Below are positions 1 to 7,787 of a stretch of 32,000 nucleotides of DNA, piece by piece. The stretch's first letter is position 1. Every line of letters begins with the position of its first letter. The notes below the pieces were generated by a model. That model ran no database searches and was not told where the DNA came from. It worked only from the letters and a program-made list of their open reading frames with translations. This DNA comes from Geobacter sulfurreducens PCA. GTDB taxonomy: Bacteria > Desulfobacterota > Desulfuromonadia > Geobacterales > Geobacteraceae. Both the position numbers and the translations under genes were made by a program. Where the stretch lies: the NCBI RefSeq assembly GCF_000007985.2, contig NC_002939.5, forward strand, positions 930,001-962,000, given 5' to 3'.

Positions 1-2922
1 GATGAAGAGGTCCTCCGTTGAGATCACGCCGTCGCTCATGGCGAAGGTGCCGGTGATCCTGTTGTAGGGCATGCCGTCCTTGACCATGTCGGGAAGCTGA
101 AACTTGAGGAGTTGGGACACGTTCAGGATCGAGAATACCTTCGACAGTACGTTGAACTTGCGCATCTTGCCGTCGTCGAACCGGAGGGTGGCGTGGCCGA
201 GCAGGCTCTTCCGCAGGTCGGCCATGGTCGCCCCCCTGGCGGTCACGTCGGCCTGAAGCGACAGGGTGCCGGTGACGATGGCGTCGCCGGGGATCAGGTC
301 CACCGCGTTGATCAGCGGTTCGGCTGATACCTTGTCCGCCTTGAGCTTCACCTGGTAGCGGGACGGACCGTTCCCTCCCCCGTCGGCCCGGAGCGTGCCG
401 GAGATTCGCCCACCGTAGGCGCTGAACTCGAAGGGTTGCAGGTAGAGGATGCCGTTCTCGTAGAGGGCTACCGTGTGGAGATGCCGGGCCGCCATCTTGC
501 CGAATGAGGCCGAATCGGCGTCTATGGTGGCTTTTACTGTGACTGCGCCCCCCTCGTCCCCCTGCTTCCGTTCCCGTTCCAGGGCAGAAAGGGCCAGGAT
601 GTCGTCCAGGTCGATAGTGGGAGAGGTGACGCTCACATCAATCTTGGGCTGCCGCATCTGGGTCACGGTCCCCTTGGCGGAGAGCTGGGACGAGCCGATT
701 TTGCCCGCAAGCGAGCGGATTTTGAGGGCGTCGTCCTGGTAGGTGAGGGTGCCCTGGAAATTCTGGATCTTCACGGTGCCCTTAGGGTGCCTCAGGCCCA
801 CGTCGTTCAGGTCGAGGGCCGGAGACGAGACATCCAGGGTGAAGGACGGATCGCTGAAGTTCGTCAGGGACCCCTTGCCCTGAAGCGGTGAATTGCCGAG
901 CATCAGGGAGAGCCGGGGGCTTTCCAGAGAGTTGCCCTTGAACCGGAGCGTGCCGGTCACGTTGCTGAGAGGCTTCACCGACTCGGCCGGCTTGAATGAA
1001 GCCCCCGCCAGCGCCACCAGGCCGCTCCACTTCATGTCGGCCAGGCTTTCGGCCACCCCCTCCGCCCGGGCGGAAATCTGCATTTTCCCCTGGGGATGGT
1101 ACGGTTTCGCCTTGGGGATGTTGGCCGCGAGCGCCCCCATGGCAAACTGGTTCGAGGAGATGTCGAGTTGCGTGGGCAGGGACTTCCCGTCCTGGAACCG
1201 GGCCGCGATAGACAGGGCCAGGGGAGGGAGCGCGTACTGGCACGACAGGGACCGGTCGCCGTTGCGGAGCAGGTTCATTCGGAACGCCAGGCTGTTTACC
1301 TGGCCCGCCGGCTTGGCAAAGGACTTCCCGTAGGAGTAGTCAGCGGCGGTCAGGTTGCAGTCGCCGGTAAAGGTGTAGGATGCCGTCCCCCCTTCGCCGG
1401 ACAGGTTGAGGATCGAGTCGCCCGTGAACTGGAGCGATGCCGCCGCTTCCTTGCCGAAGAGCCAGTCCAGCTCCGCCTTGCGTGGCGTGAAAACGCCCTT
1501 GAAGGGGTAGCCCGACGGCGTGTCGAGGCAGTAGTCGCTGATCATGCCGTTGAGGGTGAAGGGAGATGTCCCGAACTTTCCCGACATGTTGCGCAGGGTG
1601 AAGTTCTTGCCGGCCAGCTCCAGGTCTCCCTTGATGCTGTTGAAGACCGGCCAGCCGTCTCCCATGTCGACCACGGCCCCTTCCAGGGCAGTGGCGCGCA
1701 CCCGGAGCACGTTGTAGTTCTCCCCTTTCTCCATGGTCAGGATCTGGCTCACGCGGCCGTCGAGCCGTCCTTCGTCCACCCGGAAGTATCCTGCCTTGAT
1801 GTGCTGCTCGATGAACTGGGACGCGTCGTCGGCGATGATGCCGAAGGGGATGTAGTAAAAGAACTTCTCCAGCCGGAAGGGGGCGATAGTGGTCCACGCG
1901 ACGATACGGGGATCAGAGGTGTGGATGTCCTTCACCGCGCACCCCCCCTTCACGGTGAGGCCGTCCATGCGGAAGTCGACGGAGGAGATGTTAACCTCTT
2001 TGGGGGTCCGCGTCAGGGAATAGGCCAGGCGCACATCGGCGGGAGTAAGCGGCTGGCGGAACACCTCCGGGTAGACGAAGCGCAGTCCCGCCACCTGCAG
2101 CGATCCCTTGGAGGTGAACTCGAGCGGCGTGCCGTCCACGGTGCAGTCAAGGTTAAACCGCCCGCTCATGCGCTGGAACGGGACAAGGTTGCTGTAATAG
2201 GGCCAGTAGTGGCTTGCGTTGATGTTGTGGAGGCTCACCCGGGCATCCAGGTGCGCGGTGGTGAGGGGGGCGTTTTTAGCGGGCAGCTTCAGCTTGCCCT
2301 CGATGGCCACGGGGCTCTCGTTCTTCCCGTCCACGAGGCGCCCTTCGATAGAGATGGGGCTTTCCTTGCCCCGCACCAGGCGGCCGATGAACAGGTCGGC
2401 CTCCCTGAGGGCGGTGACGAGCGGGCCGCCAACCGCCGCGTGGTCGGTGAAGATCAGGTTCCCCTGCTTGACCCTCACCCCCCGCACCCGCAGCTCCATC
2501 GTGCTCTTCGTCTCCCGTTCGCGCAACAGGTCGTCGATGTTGAGGATGCCGTCCTTGTTCCGCACCAGTTGCACGACAGGCTTTTCCAGCTCTACCCGCC
2601 GGAGGATGACCTTTTTCTCCAGCAGGGGCAGAATCGCCAGCCGGAACCGGATCGTCGCGACGGTGGCAAAGGGGGTGCTGCCGTCCCGTTCCAGTATCTT
2701 CACATCCGTAAAAGTGAAGGCCGGTCCGAACCGCAGTGACACCTCCCCCGTGCGGTAGGTCACGGGGCGGTTCAGTTCCTTCCGGATTTCCGCCAGGAGC
2801 TGGTCCTTATAGGTATCCAACTCGTGGAGCCGCGCAACCAGCACGGTGAAGACCAGTCCGCACAGAAGCGCCAGCGGAACCGCGACGTACAGCAGGATCT
2901 TTTTCCAGGAGGGAAGGGTCAT
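1..2922 (-). CDS. AsmA-family protein (envelope/outer-membrane assembly); C-terminus runs off the left window edge
   Basis: Absent from the ORF track because it is edge-truncated. Hand translation from ATG (complement of 2920-2922) gives MTLPSWKKILLYVAVPLALLCGLVFTVLVARLHELDTYKDQLLAEIRKELNRPVTYRTGEVSLRFGPAFTFTDVKILERDG..., a TM anchor plus an AsmA-type N-terminal region. The same frame read at positions 1-360 has no stop and gives ...GKMRKFNVLSKVFSILNVSQLLKFQLPDMVKDGMPYNRITGTFAMSDGVISTEDLFI, typical of AsmA C-terminal regions. The middle was only partly hand-checked. Confidence 0.7.
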   Translation of the reverse strand, partial: MTLPSWKKILLYVAVPLALLCGLVFTVLVARLHELDTYKDQLLAEIRKELNRPVTYRTGEVSLRFGPAFTFTDVKILERDGSTPFATVATIRFRLAILPLLEKKVILRRVELEKPVVQLVRNKDGILNIDDLLRERETKSTMELRVRGVRVKQGNLIFTDHAAVGGPLVTALREADLFIGRLVRGKESPISIEGRLVDGKNESPVAIEGKLKLPAKNAPLTTAHLDARVSLHNINASHYWPYYSNLVPFQRMSGRFNLDCTVDGTPLEFTSKGSLQVAGLRFVYPEVFRQPLTPADVRLAYSLTRTPKEVNISSVDFRMDGLTVKGGCAVKDIHTSDPRIVAWTTIAPFRLEKFFYYIPFGIIADDASQFIEQHIKAGYFRVDEGRLDGRVSQILTMEKGENYNVLRVRATALEGAVVDMGDGWPVFNSIKGDLELAGKNFTLRNMSGKFGTSPFTLNGMISDYCLDTPSGYPFKGVFTPRKAELDWLFGKEAAASLQFTGDSILNLSGEGGTASYTFTGDCNLTAADYSYGKSFAKPAGQVNSLAFRMNLLRNGDRSLSCQYALPPLALSIAARFQDGKSLPTQLDISSNQFAMGALAANIPKAKPYHPQGKMQISARAEGVAESLADMKWSGLVALAGASFKPAESVKPLSNVTGTLRFKGNSLESPRLSLMLGNSPLQGKGSLTNFSDPSFTLDVSSPALDLNDVGLRHPKGTVKIQNFQGTLTYQDDALKIRSLAGKIGSSQLSAKGTVTQMRQPKIDVSVTSPTIDLDDILALSALERERKQGDEGGAVTVKATIDADSASFGKMAARHLHTVALYENGILYLQPFEFSAYGGRISGTLRADGGGNGPSRYQVKLKADKVSAEPLINAVDLIPGDAIVTGTLSLQADVTARGATMADLRKSLLGHATLRFDDGKMRKFNVLSKVFSILNVSQLLKFQLPDMVKDGMPYNRITGTFAMSDGVISTEDLFI

Positions 2923-3058
2923 GGGGGTGAGTCCTCGGAACCGGGCGGGTGTGGGAATGCGTTAGACAGTATATACAGGTGGGAATGGTGCCGCAACCCC
3001 TTGCGGGAAGTTGGAACCCGTGGCCGGTCGGCCGGCGCAGCAACGTGGCGTTTATACT

Positions 3059-3094
3059 GGACAGGGGCCTCCGGTTCGCCGAAGGTCCCTGTCC
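3059..3094 (-). terminator. Imperfect stem-loop downstream of the Spy-like gene (weak terminator candidate)
   Basis: GGACAGGG (3059-3066) pairs with CCCTGTCC (3087-3094), with further imperfect inner pairing. No clear U-tract follows on the minus strand. Confidence 0.3.
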
Positions 3095-3104
3095 GGTCAC
3101 TCGG

Positions 3105-3548
3105 TCAGTTCTGCCGGTCCTTGGCGCGCTGCTGGCGTTTTTCCCAGCGGTCGCGCGCCCGGTCGCGCGCCTCGTCGGCCTTCTGCCGCTGCTCCGGGGT
3201 GAGGATGGCGCCGATCCGGTCGTGGTAGCGATCTCGGATCTCGCGCATCTTCTCGCGTTTCTGGGTGCGGTTCAGGGACGCATCGTCACGGACGGCCTTC
3301 ATCTCTCCGTTTTCCTCGGCCAGGATCGGAGCGATGGCCGTCTTCTGTTCCTCGGTCAGCCCCAGATGCCGCTCCATCCGTTTCAGTCGCTCGGCCGGGT
3401 CCATCTTCTTCACTCCGCCGCCGCCCCGCACTTTGCCCATCCCGGCTCCGGGCGCCGGGTCGGTCTGGGCCAGGACCGCCTGCTGGGTGCCGGCCAAAGC
3501 TGCGACGGCGGTCAGTGCCGCCAGGGCAAGTTTGATTCTTCTGCGCAT
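3105..3548 (-). CDS. Periplasmic Spy/CpxP-like LTXXQ-motif protein
   Basis: Signal peptide MRRRIKLALAALTAVAALAGTQQAVLA. Two LTXXQ motifs (LGLTEEQ, ILTPEQ). Highly charged helical sequence. SD AAAGGAG lies upstream of the ATG. Confidence 0.7.
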   Translation of the reverse strand: MRRRIKLALAALTAVAALAGTQQAVLAQTDPAPGAGMGKVRGGGGVKKMDPAERLKRMERHLGLTEEQKTAIAPILAEENGEMKAVRDDASLNRTQKREKMREIRDRYHDRIGAILTPEQRQKADEARDRARDRWEKRQQRAKDRQN

Positions 3549-3624
3549 GGTGTGACTCCTTTCAGTGCGGCATCTGCCGCTGTTGTCATGATATGTCCGA
3601 TTTAACGGAGCCGCGGAGAATCGG

Positions 3625-3654
3625 TTGACAGGGCGCCTCGTCCGCCCGGATAAT
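3625..3654 (+). promoter_or_regulatory. Sigma70-type promoter for the lipid kinase gene
   Basis: TTGACA (3625-3630), 18-nt spacer, GATAAT (3649-3654). It is followed by SD GGAGGA and the ATG at 3683. The ORF-track ATG at 3653 lies inside the -10 element, which argues for the 3683 start. Confidence 0.55.
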
Positions 3655-3682
3655 GGCCCGGCCGAACTGCCGGAGGAAGCCC

Positions 3683-4552
3683 ATGTCCGATCGCTGCACC
3701 CTTATCGTCAATCCCGTGTCCGGAAGCTACTCGGAGGCTGCCGTCAGCGCCGCCATGGACGCCCTGCGCCGGGGAGGACTGGCCCCCCGCCTGCTTCTCA
3801 CCGGCGGCCCCGACGATGCGGCCGCCTTTGCCGCTCGGCTCTGCGCTCAGGAGGAGCATCCCTTCGTCATTGCCGTCGGGGGGGACGGAACCGTCAACGG
3901 CGTGCTGAACGGCCTCGAACCGGGGCGCGCCACCCTCGGCTACATCCCCTTCGGTACCGCCAACGTGCTTGGGCGCGAGCTGGGGCTGCGTTCCGCCGAG
4001 GATGCCGTGGCCCGGATCGTGCGCCGGGAAACGCGTTCTCTCGCCACGGGGCTCCTGGAAGGGTTCGGAGTACGGCGGCGTTTTTTTCTCATGGCCGGAA
4101 TCGGCTTTGACGGCCAGGTGGTGGAGGGGGTGCGCAGCGACGAGAAGAAGCGCTTCGGCGCCGGAGCATACCTTTTTTCAGCCATCAGGACCCTTGCCGC
4201 CTGGGACCGGCGGCTCCTGGAGGTGGAGGTGGACGGCGTCGCCATCGCCTGCCACGGGGCGGTGATCTGCAACGCGGCCCGGTACGGGGGCCCCTTTACC
4301 TTGGCCCCGGGAGCGAACCTTTTCCACGACGGATTTCGGGTCGTCCTGATCCGGGACCCGTCCCGATGGCGCTACCTCTCCCTTGCCCTGCGGGTGGCGG
4401 CGGGGCGCCGCGCCGGCGGCGGCCCCGAGGTCGTATCGGCCCGGCGGGTAGCCGTGGGCGGCAACAAGCCCGTTCAGGTGGACGGCGACTTCATCTGCCA
4501 CTCCCCGGTCACCGTGACTGCTGAGGCCGATTTCGCCCGGCTCGTGGTCTGA
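3683..4552 (+). CDS. Diacylglycerol-kinase-family lipid kinase (YegS/BmrU type)
   Basis: N-terminus CTLIVNPVSGSY and the GGDGTVNGVLNGL catalytic-domain signature. Start moved from 3653 to the internal ATG at 3683 on SD and promoter grounds. Confidence 0.8.
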   Translation: MSDRCTLIVNPVSGSYSEAAVSAAMDALRRGGLAPRLLLTGGPDDAAAFAARLCAQEEHPFVIAVGGDGTVNGVLNGLEPGRATLGYIPFGTANVLGRELGLRSAEDAVARIVRRETRSLATGLLEGFGVRRRFFLMAGIGFDGQVVEGVRSDEKKRFGAGAYLFSAIRTLAAWDRRLLEVEVDGVAIACHGAVICNAARYGGPFTLAPGANLFHDGFRVVLIRDPSRWRYLSLALRVAAGRRAGGGPEVVSARRVAVGGNKPVQVDGDFICHSPVTVTAEADFARLVV

Positions 4553-4778
4553 CCCGGCCGGCTCACACGTCGGCGCACACGGCGAATGCCGCTACGGAGA
4601 AGAGGGCCGGCGACTCACCCTCCGAAAAAACTCAAGCGTCGCCCCGCGTGGTCCGGTCCACCCGTGCGGGCGGGAGTGACGGGTTCCTTTTGTACTGCCG
4701 GTCTGCTTTTTGCGGGACTTTTTTCTCCGGGAGAGTCGCCGGCTCTCTTGGCGCGGGGAGAAAAATCATGATGGGACG

Positions 4779-4805
4779 TTAAGAAATCGGCGTTCCTGCC
4801 GATAC
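4779..4805 (+). promoter_or_regulatory. Sigma28 (FliA)-like promoter candidate upstream of the REC-PilZ gene
   Basis: TTAAGAAA-N11-GCCGATAC versus consensus TAAAGTTT-N11-GCCGATAA. The -10 matches 7/8 and is identical to the cheV promoter -10. The -35 is weak (4/8). It lies about 40 nt upstream of the ATG at 4845. Confidence 0.35.
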
Positions 4806-4844
4806 GGATAGAGGTAGCACGGGGATGAATGGAAGGAGCAACCC

Positions 4845-5591
4845 ATGGCAAAGCCCAAGGTACTGATAGTCGATGACGTGAATCTCATGCTCGAACTGGA
4901 GAAGAGTTTGCTGCGCTTTTCCCCTGTGCGGGTCTTCACCGCCCGCAACGGCGAGGAGGCCCTGGAGCTGGTGCGCAGCGAACGGCCCGACCTGGTCTAC
5001 ATGGACCTGAACATGCCGAAGATGAACGGGGTCGACTGCTGCATCGCCATCAAAAGCGACCCGGAACTGCGGGATACCCCCGTGATCATGGTGACCACCG
5101 CCGGCAAGCCCGAAGACCAGGAACTCTGCGCCCGAGCCGGCTGCGACGGCTACATCACCAAGCCCGTGGACCGGCGGCTGTTCCTTGAGATCGGCCGGCG
5201 GTACATCCCCGACATCGACCGCCGGGAGCAGCGGATTCCCTTTTCCCTGCCGGTCACCTGCCGCACGGAGCAGAAAGAACTGACCGGCACCACGACCGAC
5301 ATCAGCGTGGGCGGCCTCTACCTGGCCATCGACCACGGCATTGCTCGGGAGGAGAGCGTGGAGATCGCCATCACCATCCCCGGTGGCGGCGCCCCGGTCA
5401 GGGCCCGGGGGCGGGTGGCCTGGCTCAATGGCGTCGACGGGAAGGTCAAACCCCGGTTTCCGTCAGGCTTCGGGATTGAATTCATGGACATCTCCCCCCA
5501 GGATCTGGAGCAGGTCAGGGAGTTCGTAGAATCCCTGGCCAATCTTTCATCTCCCGGCGGAGGGTCAGCCGGAACCAGAGGAACGTCATGA
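4845..5591 (+). CDS. Response regulator with receiver domain fused to a PilZ (c-di-GMP-binding) domain
   Basis: REC signatures are LIVDDV, LVYMDLNMPKMNG and the conserved Lys in ITKP. PilZ signatures are RREQR (RxxxR) and DISVGG (DxSxxG). SD GGAAGGAG lies upstream. Confidence 0.85.
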   Translation: MAKPKVLIVDDVNLMLELEKSLLRFSPVRVFTARNGEEALELVRSERPDLVYMDLNMPKMNGVDCCIAIKSDPELRDTPVIMVTTAGKPEDQELCARAGCDGYITKPVDRRLFLEIGRRYIPDIDRREQRIPFSLPVTCRTEQKELTGTTTDISVGGLYLAIDHGIAREESVEIAITIPGGGAPVRARGRVAWLNGVDGKVKPRFPSGFGIEFMDISPQDLEQVREFVESLANLSSPGGGSAGTRGTS

Positions 5592-6651
5592 GCGCCGCCG
5601 CCGCCCGGCCAGCCGGATTGTCGGTCAGGAGATCAAACCAGCGGTCATGGAGCGAAAGGAGCGGGGTGGCACCGTCGTCCCCGCCCCGGCGCCAGGCGTT
5701 GCGGACATCCAGGAACAGCGGAATCTGCCAGGCATTGCCCCGCACGTAGCCGCCCGTCAAGTACCAGAGTCGGAGCCGCTCCTGCCGGGGTAGCGCAGCC
5801 GTCAGCCCGGCGATGCGCGCCAGATGCGGTCCCAGCCGCAGGCGGCCGGACCGGTCCTGGCTCCGGTAACCGGCCACCAGTTCTTCCACCCCCTGCTGCC
5901 AGCCGATGGCGGCGAAATTCATCAGGATCGCGTTCAGAGTCTGCCGCTCCCGCAACCCTTCCGTTTCGAACCGCCGGGCCGAAGTGATGATCTCCGCCGG
6001 CAGCAGCACCCACGTTCCCATCGCCGCAATCCGTTCCGCCAGCCGTACGTCCTCCAGAATCGGCAACCCCTCGTCAAAGGGTCCCACCTGATCGAAAAAC
6101 TCCCGCGGGATGAGCAGCCCCTGGTCTCCGTGGGTGCAGCCGGGACGGTGGAGCCGCGCCTTGCGTTCGTAGAAGCGGTAGGCGAGGGGAGACGGGCTGT
6201 CACCGGCAAAACGGAGCCGGAAGTGCCCGGCCGCCCGTTTGTCGCTCCGGCGGGCCGCGGCCAGATGATCGAGCCCCCGCCGCAGTGCCAGAGGATCGGC
6301 GATGATGCTGTCCGCGTGCAGGAACAGGAACGTCGCGCCCCGGGCGGCGGCCGCGCCGGCGTTCATCTGGCGCCCTCTCCCGGGCGGGGTCTCCGTGACG
6401 GTCACGGGAAAGGGGAGATCCCCCGCGCGGCCGCGCACCAGCGCTGCGGTGCCGTCGGTGGAGCCGCCGTCGCAGAGCAGGAGTTCCAGGGCCACATCCC
6501 GTTGGGCGGCCAGCGCGGCGAGCAGTGTTGCCACGGTCTCCGCCTCGTTCAGGGTGGGAACGACAACGGAAAGTTCGGGTTCAGGGGCTGAGAAGGCCAT
6601 ATCACCTGCCGGCAGAGCGATTTTCGCCATCATAGCACGGAATGCCCCCAT
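5515..6651 (-). CDS. Family 2 glycosyltransferase with about 130-aa C-terminal extension
   Basis: LSVVVPTLNEAETV...LLLCDGGSTDGT is a typical GT2 N-terminus and resembles the short rSAM/selenodomain-associated GT2-like families from memory (unverified). The start is uncertain: in-frame ATGs at 6651, 6633/6630 and 6600. Confidence 0.7.
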   Translation of the reverse strand: MGAFRAMMAKIALPAGDMAFSAPEPELSVVVPTLNEAETVATLLAALAAQRDVALELLLCDGGSTDGTAALVRGRAGDLPFPVTVTETPPGRGRQMNAGAAAARGATFLFLHADSIIADPLALRRGLDHLAAARRSDKRAAGHFRLRFAGDSPSPLAYRFYERKARLHRPGCTHGDQGLLIPREFFDQVGPFDEGLPILEDVRLAERIAAMGTWVLLPAEIITSARRFETEGLRERQTLNAILMNFAAIGWQQGVEELVAGYRSQDRSGRLRLGPHLARIAGLTAALPRQERLRLWYLTGGYVRGNAWQIPLFLDVRNAWRRGGDDGATPLLSLHDRWFDLLTDNPAGRAAAALMTFLWFRLTLRREMKDWPGILRTP

Positions 6652-6684
6652 TGCCTCTCGCGACGTTCATGGTCCCGCGGACAT

Positions 6685-6717
6685 GAAAAAGGCCCCTGAG
6701 GGTTTCCCCCGGGGCCT
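6685..6717 (-). terminator. Rho-independent terminator downstream of cheV
   Basis: The minus strand reads AGGCCCCGGGGGAAACCCTCAGGGGCCTTTTTC. This is a 7-bp GC stem (AGGCCCC/GGGGCCT) followed by a T-run, about 20 nt after the cheV stop. Confidence 0.7.
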
Positions 6718-6739
6718 GATGGGCAGATGAGCCGCAATC

Positions 6740-7678
6740 TCAATGCATGACGCTGTCAGCTATCTTGACCAGGTTCGGCAGGTCGGGTTTGGTCACGATG
6801 TCCAGGGCGCCCAGGTCCTTCCACTTGCGTTTGTTGTCGTCGCTGGCCAGGGACGAGAAGATCAGCACCGGCAGATCCTTGAGCACGTCGTCCTTCTTGA
6901 CCAGGGTAGTCAGGTGGAGGCCGTCCATCTTCGGCATCTCCACGTCAGTGATCAGGAGGTCCAGCTCGCTCCTGAGGTTGACACCGGCGGCGCGGCAACG
7001 GGTAAGCTTGTCCTGGATCATGTTCCAGGCATCCTCGCCGTTCTCGGCCTCATCCACGTTGTAGCCGGCCCCGCGGAGGCTGGAGCAGATGCTGTTGCGG
7101 ATGAAGGCGGAGTCGTCCGCCACGAGGATGCGGCGCTGGGAGCGGTCGAGCACCGGCCCGGGCAGGAGCTGCTCCTCGCTCAGGGCCCGCAGGGTTTCCT
7201 CGGAGCAGAGCTCGCCCACGATCTTCTCGAAGTCGAGGATCAGGATGATCCGGTCCTCCATCTTCACCACCCCGGTCACGTAGGCCGATTCGATGGCCCG
7301 CACCGGCGGCTCCACCTGTTCCCACGAAATCCGGTAGATGCGCGATACCCCGTTTACCAGCACACCCACCATCATCCGGTTGAACTCCAGCACCACCACC
7401 CGGTCGGGCGCCAGGGCGCTGTATTCCTTGCCCAGCACCGTGGCCAGGTTCACCACCGTGATCACCTTGTCCCGCAGCTTCATCATGCCGGACACGGCGG
7501 AATTGGCGTTGAACACCTTCCACATCTGGGGCTTGCGGATGATCTCGCGAACCTTGGCCACGTTCACCCCGAAGTAGGAATGAACCGTCTCGCCGTTGGG
7601 GCCGGTTTCATCGATCATGAACTCGACGATTTCGAGTTCGTTGGTGCCGCTTTCAAGGAGAATTCTCGGTTCCGCCAT
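6740..7678 (-). CDS. cheV: Chemotaxis protein CheV (CheW-like domain + receiver domain)
   Basis: The N-terminal CheW-like region (NELEIVEFMI..., VTGVVKMEDRIILILDFEKI) is followed by REC (ILVADDSAFIR, LLITDVEMPKMDG, conserved Lys in VTKP). SD GAGG lies 7 nt upstream of the ATG. Confidence 0.9.
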   Translation of the reverse strand: MAEPRILLESGTNELEIVEFMIDETGPNGETVHSYFGVNVAKVREIIRKPQMWKVFNANSAVSGMMKLRDKVITVVNLATVLGKEYSALAPDRVVVLEFNRMMVGVLVNGVSRIYRISWEQVEPPVRAIESAYVTGVVKMEDRIILILDFEKIVGELCSEETLRALSEEQLLPGPVLDRSQRRILVADDSAFIRNSICSSLRGAGYNVDEAENGEDAWNMIQDKLTRCRAAGVNLRSELDLLITDVEMPKMDGLHLTTLVKKDDVLKDLPVLIFSSLASDDNKRKWKDLGALDIVTKPDLPNLVKIADSVMH

Positions 7679-7728
7679 GGCCGTTAACCTCGCAGAGTGA
7701 TCGCCTTCCGGATGAAGGCATGGTTAAC

Positions 7729-7755
7729 GTATCGGCCATGCATGAGGAAACTTTA
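7729..7755 (-). promoter_or_regulatory. Near-consensus sigma28 (FliA) promoter of cheV
   Basis: The minus strand reads TAAAGTTT-CCTCATGCATG-GCCGATAC, against the enterobacterial consensus TAAAGTTT-N11-GCCGATAA (15/16 match, exact spacing). It lies about 50 nt upstream of the cheV ATG. Confidence 0.7.
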
Positions 7756-7787
7756 GCCAGGCTGTTGAAAAAGTTGCGGAAAGGCTG

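Noticed and set aside
1096-2739. 547-aa + strand ORF, plus other listed ORFs at 782-2758
   Set aside because: They lie antisense or out of frame to the edge-truncated AsmA-family gene. That gene has a convincing TM anchor and AsmA-like N- and C-terminal sequence. The listed ORFs have no motifs.
4553-4844. Possible c-di-GMP/cGAMP (GEMM-I) riboswitch upstream of the REC-PilZ gene, given how common these are in Geobacter
   Set aside because: I could not find the conserved GEMM-I core (ACGCACAGGGCAAACC...GGGACGCAAAGCC-type paired hairpins with a GNRA tetraloop and receptor). Only generic GC-rich hairpins are present. An Rfam cmscan would settle this.
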